Shown here: one piece after another, positions 60,948 to 64,000 of the stretch | How positions within the stretch are numbered: the stretch's first letter is position 1 | Layout of the letters: each line of letters begins with the position of its first letter | Source: Podarcis vaucheri | Lineage: Eukaryota | Assembly: GCA_965113315.1 (NCBI GenBank) | Contig: OZ220372.1 | Length of the DNA stretch: 64,000 bases | Strand: one strand, 5' to 3' | Notes under the pieces: generated by a model | The model's input: the letters and a program-made list of their open reading frames with translations, nothing else | Told to the model about the DNA's origin: nothing | The model's database searches: none | Position numbers and translations under genes: made by a program

Positions 60948-61303
60948 AGGGTGGCGCTGCGGTCTAAACCACTGAGCCTAGGGCTTGCCAATCGGAAGGT
61001 CAGCAGTTCGAATCCCCACAATGGGGTGAGCTCCCATTCCTTAGTCCCTGCTTCTGCCAACCTAGCAGTTTGAAAGCATGTCAAAGTGCAAGCAGATAAA
61101 CAGGTACCGCTCTGGTGGGAAGGTAAACGGTGTTTCCGTGCACTGCTCTGGTTTCGCCAGAAGTGGCTTAGTCATGCTGGCCACATGACCCGGAAAAACT
61201 GTCTGCGGACAAACGCTGGCTCCCATGGCCAGTAAAGTGAGATGAGTGCCACAACCCCAGAGTCATTTGCGACTGGACTTAACTGTCAGGTGTCCTTTAC
61301 CCT
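60948..61303 (+). mobile_element. Sauria/Squam1 SINE
   Basis: GGGTGGCGCTG head, GTTCGAATCC B box, CCTTTACC tail. Confidence 0.9.
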
Positions 61304-62894
61304 TTTTTATCTTTAGCATTGAAGCATGAATAAAGCCCTCTCCGCGTTACTTGCATGTAGAGGGAAAGACCATGAGTTTATTTGTTTGCCACTTTTCAAT
61401 GGTAGAATCATGCTCCGAGTGACCCACAACAACATACAGAACAGAACATTTTAACATAATTCATTAGCAGATGCTTTTAGCTATAACCTGTATTTGGTTG
61501 ATTTTGATTTGATTTGCATTATCCATTGCAACACAGAATAGAATTTGAACAAAAAGTCGTGTTACTATCAACAGGGCAGACAAACATCTCAGGGCAGACT
61601 AAAACAATGCTTAATGATAAAATACAAAACACCCAAATAGCAGCAAAAAACATACTGCCCCCCAGGCATGGGGTGTAGCAAGGCAGGTGGAAAAGATTGC
61701 CCTTCCAGCTGCCTCCATCTTTGTCCTCATCAGGTTGAGGTTAATAAGCCTGACCATTGCTGGAACCTCCCATGATTTTGAAGACTGACTAATCAGAGCT
61801 CTACATCACACAGGGAGCTCTGAGTATAGAAAAGTCTCCCTGCTACAGATGTTGACCTCAACATGATGGCAGGAGGATGACAAGCAGTGTGACTTTGGGG
61901 GTGGGGGGGATGCATGGCTCCAAGACCCCTTTCAACATACTAGCCTTCTGCACATGAGTTCAGTGGGACTTACTTCTGAGGAGGCATGGTTTAGCCTTGC
62001 CCTGTTAGACTGGATCCAACCAGTTGAGCTCGAGGTTGCAATCCTGAGCACAGGTACTTAGGAGTAAGGCTAACTATACTCCACACATTTAAAGCACCTG
62101 AACAGAGAATCGTGGGAAATGCAGTTTGTTAAGGGTGCTGGGAGCTGCTGTTCTGTGAGTGGTAAACTACGGCTCCCAGAATTTTTTGGTAGTCGGAATG
62201 TGCTTTAAAATTAATGGTGTGCGTGGTGTTTAGTAGTGGTACAAAGCTTCACACTTGCTTAACTCAGCCATGGACTGTGTTGTGTTCTTCATAGCCCTTT
62301 GTGGAAGTCACTCTTGTCTGTTCCAGCACCATGGAGAGGGATTAGAAGTTTGGAGGCTTTGCATCTCACTGTGAATTCTGTGCCCTGAATCTTCTGCCCA
62401 GCTTAAAAAATATTTTATGATTTCGTGTGTGTGTGTTTTTGCCAACAAACGTAATTTGCTGTAATTGCTGTTATATTTTATAGGGCATTCATTCTGGACA
62501 CAGCATAATCATTCTCTACACAGTATAATGAAACCAATCTAATGGCTATAAGGGCTTTCTCCCCTCTGTCTCCCTCTCTCCCTTTCTTTTACACAGAAGT
62601 GAAAACTAGAGGCCCTTACAATTACAATGAACAAAATGTTTTCTCTTTGGGGCTATAATTAATATGTACAGACACATTAGAATGACAAGTATAATATGAC
62701 AGTTTGCTAACAAAAGTTCAAAAAAATATTATAATGGTCCCCTCATGAGCAACGCAGGGACCCTGCTGTTTTCCTTGTGGCAATATTTACTAATGCCAAA
62801 CATGGGCAACTGCCAGCCTTAGAGATTCAGAATTAGAGTCCGTAAAACAGCACACATACTGGATCTCTCTAGAAACTCTGAGCAAAAGGAAACA

Positions 62895-63050
62895 TCATAG
62901 CTCAGTGGTAGAGCCTTGCATGTAGACGGTCCCAGCTTCATCCCTTGGCCTCTCCAGGCTGAGAGAAGCCCCTGTCTGAAATTCAGAAGAGTTGTTGCCA
63001 GTCAGGGTAGAAAATACTGAGCTTGACTCAGTATCATGTAGGTTCCAGAC
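62895..63050 (+). mobile_element. tRNA-Ala-derived SINE (probably Squam2)
   Basis: CATAGCTCAGTGGTAGAGC head and the family body. Confidence 0.7.
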
Positions 63051-63374
63051 ACTCACCCATCTAGACACTGACAAGACCAAGACCTGATTATCTCTACTTA
63101 CTTATCAGATTTATATCCCATACTTTCCTCTAAGATCAAGATGACGTACATCATACCCTGCAATTGTCCCCAAAGAAACAACACACCCCATTTTCTCCCA
63201 CAAGAGCACGGCAGCCATTTTGGGTATTGTGATCTTGCCTGAAAAAAAGTGCTTGGGGGGAGCAAGTTCTTGCACAGCACTTCAAAGTGCATGTTTTGGG
63301 ATGCTGTGTGAGCATGGCCCTGGAAAAGTGTGTCTTTTGGGCTCCGCAATCTCACGTGACTTGGGTAGGAGCAT

Positions 63375-63770
63375 GGATGGGAATAACCAGCTAAATGCCA
63401 TCTTCCCAAATTGCCCTCTTCTTTCCTGATCGCAGTGCATTCATTGAACCACAGTACTTCCATAATGTCAGGATTGAGCTTCAGTTTATTGACCCATGTC
63501 GAGCCCATTTTCTCATTGACCCTCAACTAACCCATTACAAAGCCAGTTCAGCACTTCAGTGGCCTTACCTGATAAGTAGTAGAGCTCAGGGTCATCAACA
63601 TACTTTTGAGACTTCACTCCTGAATCTCTTGATGATCTAATCCAGAAGCTTCATATAGATCTAAGGAAGACAAAGATGGAGCACTGTAGGACCTCATACC
63701 AGTAGTGCCAAGGGGCCAAGCAGAATTCTTCCCCACTGCAAGTACCTCCTTCTGGAACCTGCTCTGCAAC
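63375..63770 (-). pseudogene. Old degenerate L2 reverse-transcriptase fragment
   Basis: W..NKLKLNPD.ME and degenerate YADD and G.PQ.S.. remnants on the minus strand. Confidence 0.55.
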
Positions 63771-64000
63771 TAGGAAATAAACTATGGGAAGATTCATATT
63801 GGAGTAGGTGCTTATTGGAATATCCAGACTCAGACTATTCTGGATCCAGTGTTGGTTTCAACTTTCCACTCTGGGGAAGATAACCAAGGCAGCCACACTG
63901 GTTTTGGTTGCCACGCCTTCCCAAGTGTTGCTCTTTATGTTCTGAGATCCTAGAGAACCAGAAATAAAATACCCCTCTTCCTCAATGGATTTTTTAAAAA

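Noticed and set aside
62895-62960. tRNA-Ala-like and other tRNA-like sequences
   Set aside because: They are degenerate SINE heads followed by SINE bodies, with no intact cloverleaf.

Overview
Repeat-dense, apparently intronic or intergenic DNA from a squamate reptile, most likely a lacertid lizard. The basis is Sauria/Squam1 SINEs with (TTTACC)n tails, Squam3 SINEs with (CTT)n tails, and CR1, L2, Rex1, L1 and RTE-X-like LINE fragments. I could not support any host protein-coding exon; every ORF I could recognise is transposon-derived. The window holds at least eight solo LTRs (most with 5-bp TSDs), several hAT and Tc1/mariner MITEs, and three Penelope-like insertions carrying minimal hammerhead ribozyme motifs. 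The most notable observations are: (1) five LTRs, mostly not alignable at the DNA level, share a cryptic reading frame starting at LTR base 2 (acidic/Ser-rich tract, then S/T-P, then an Arg-rich stretch); (2) a perfect 250-bp palindrome in (TA)n with a hammerhead core on each strand; (3) two independently inserted sister LTRs 234 bp apart in inverted orientation; (4) the tail of one SINE family repeatedly hit by different retroelements; (5) a 3'-truncated LINE ORF1 with PIP-box and LC8-like motifs fused to a 77-bp copy of unique DNA from 2.6 kb upstream. Family names come from recognition by eye, not database searches.
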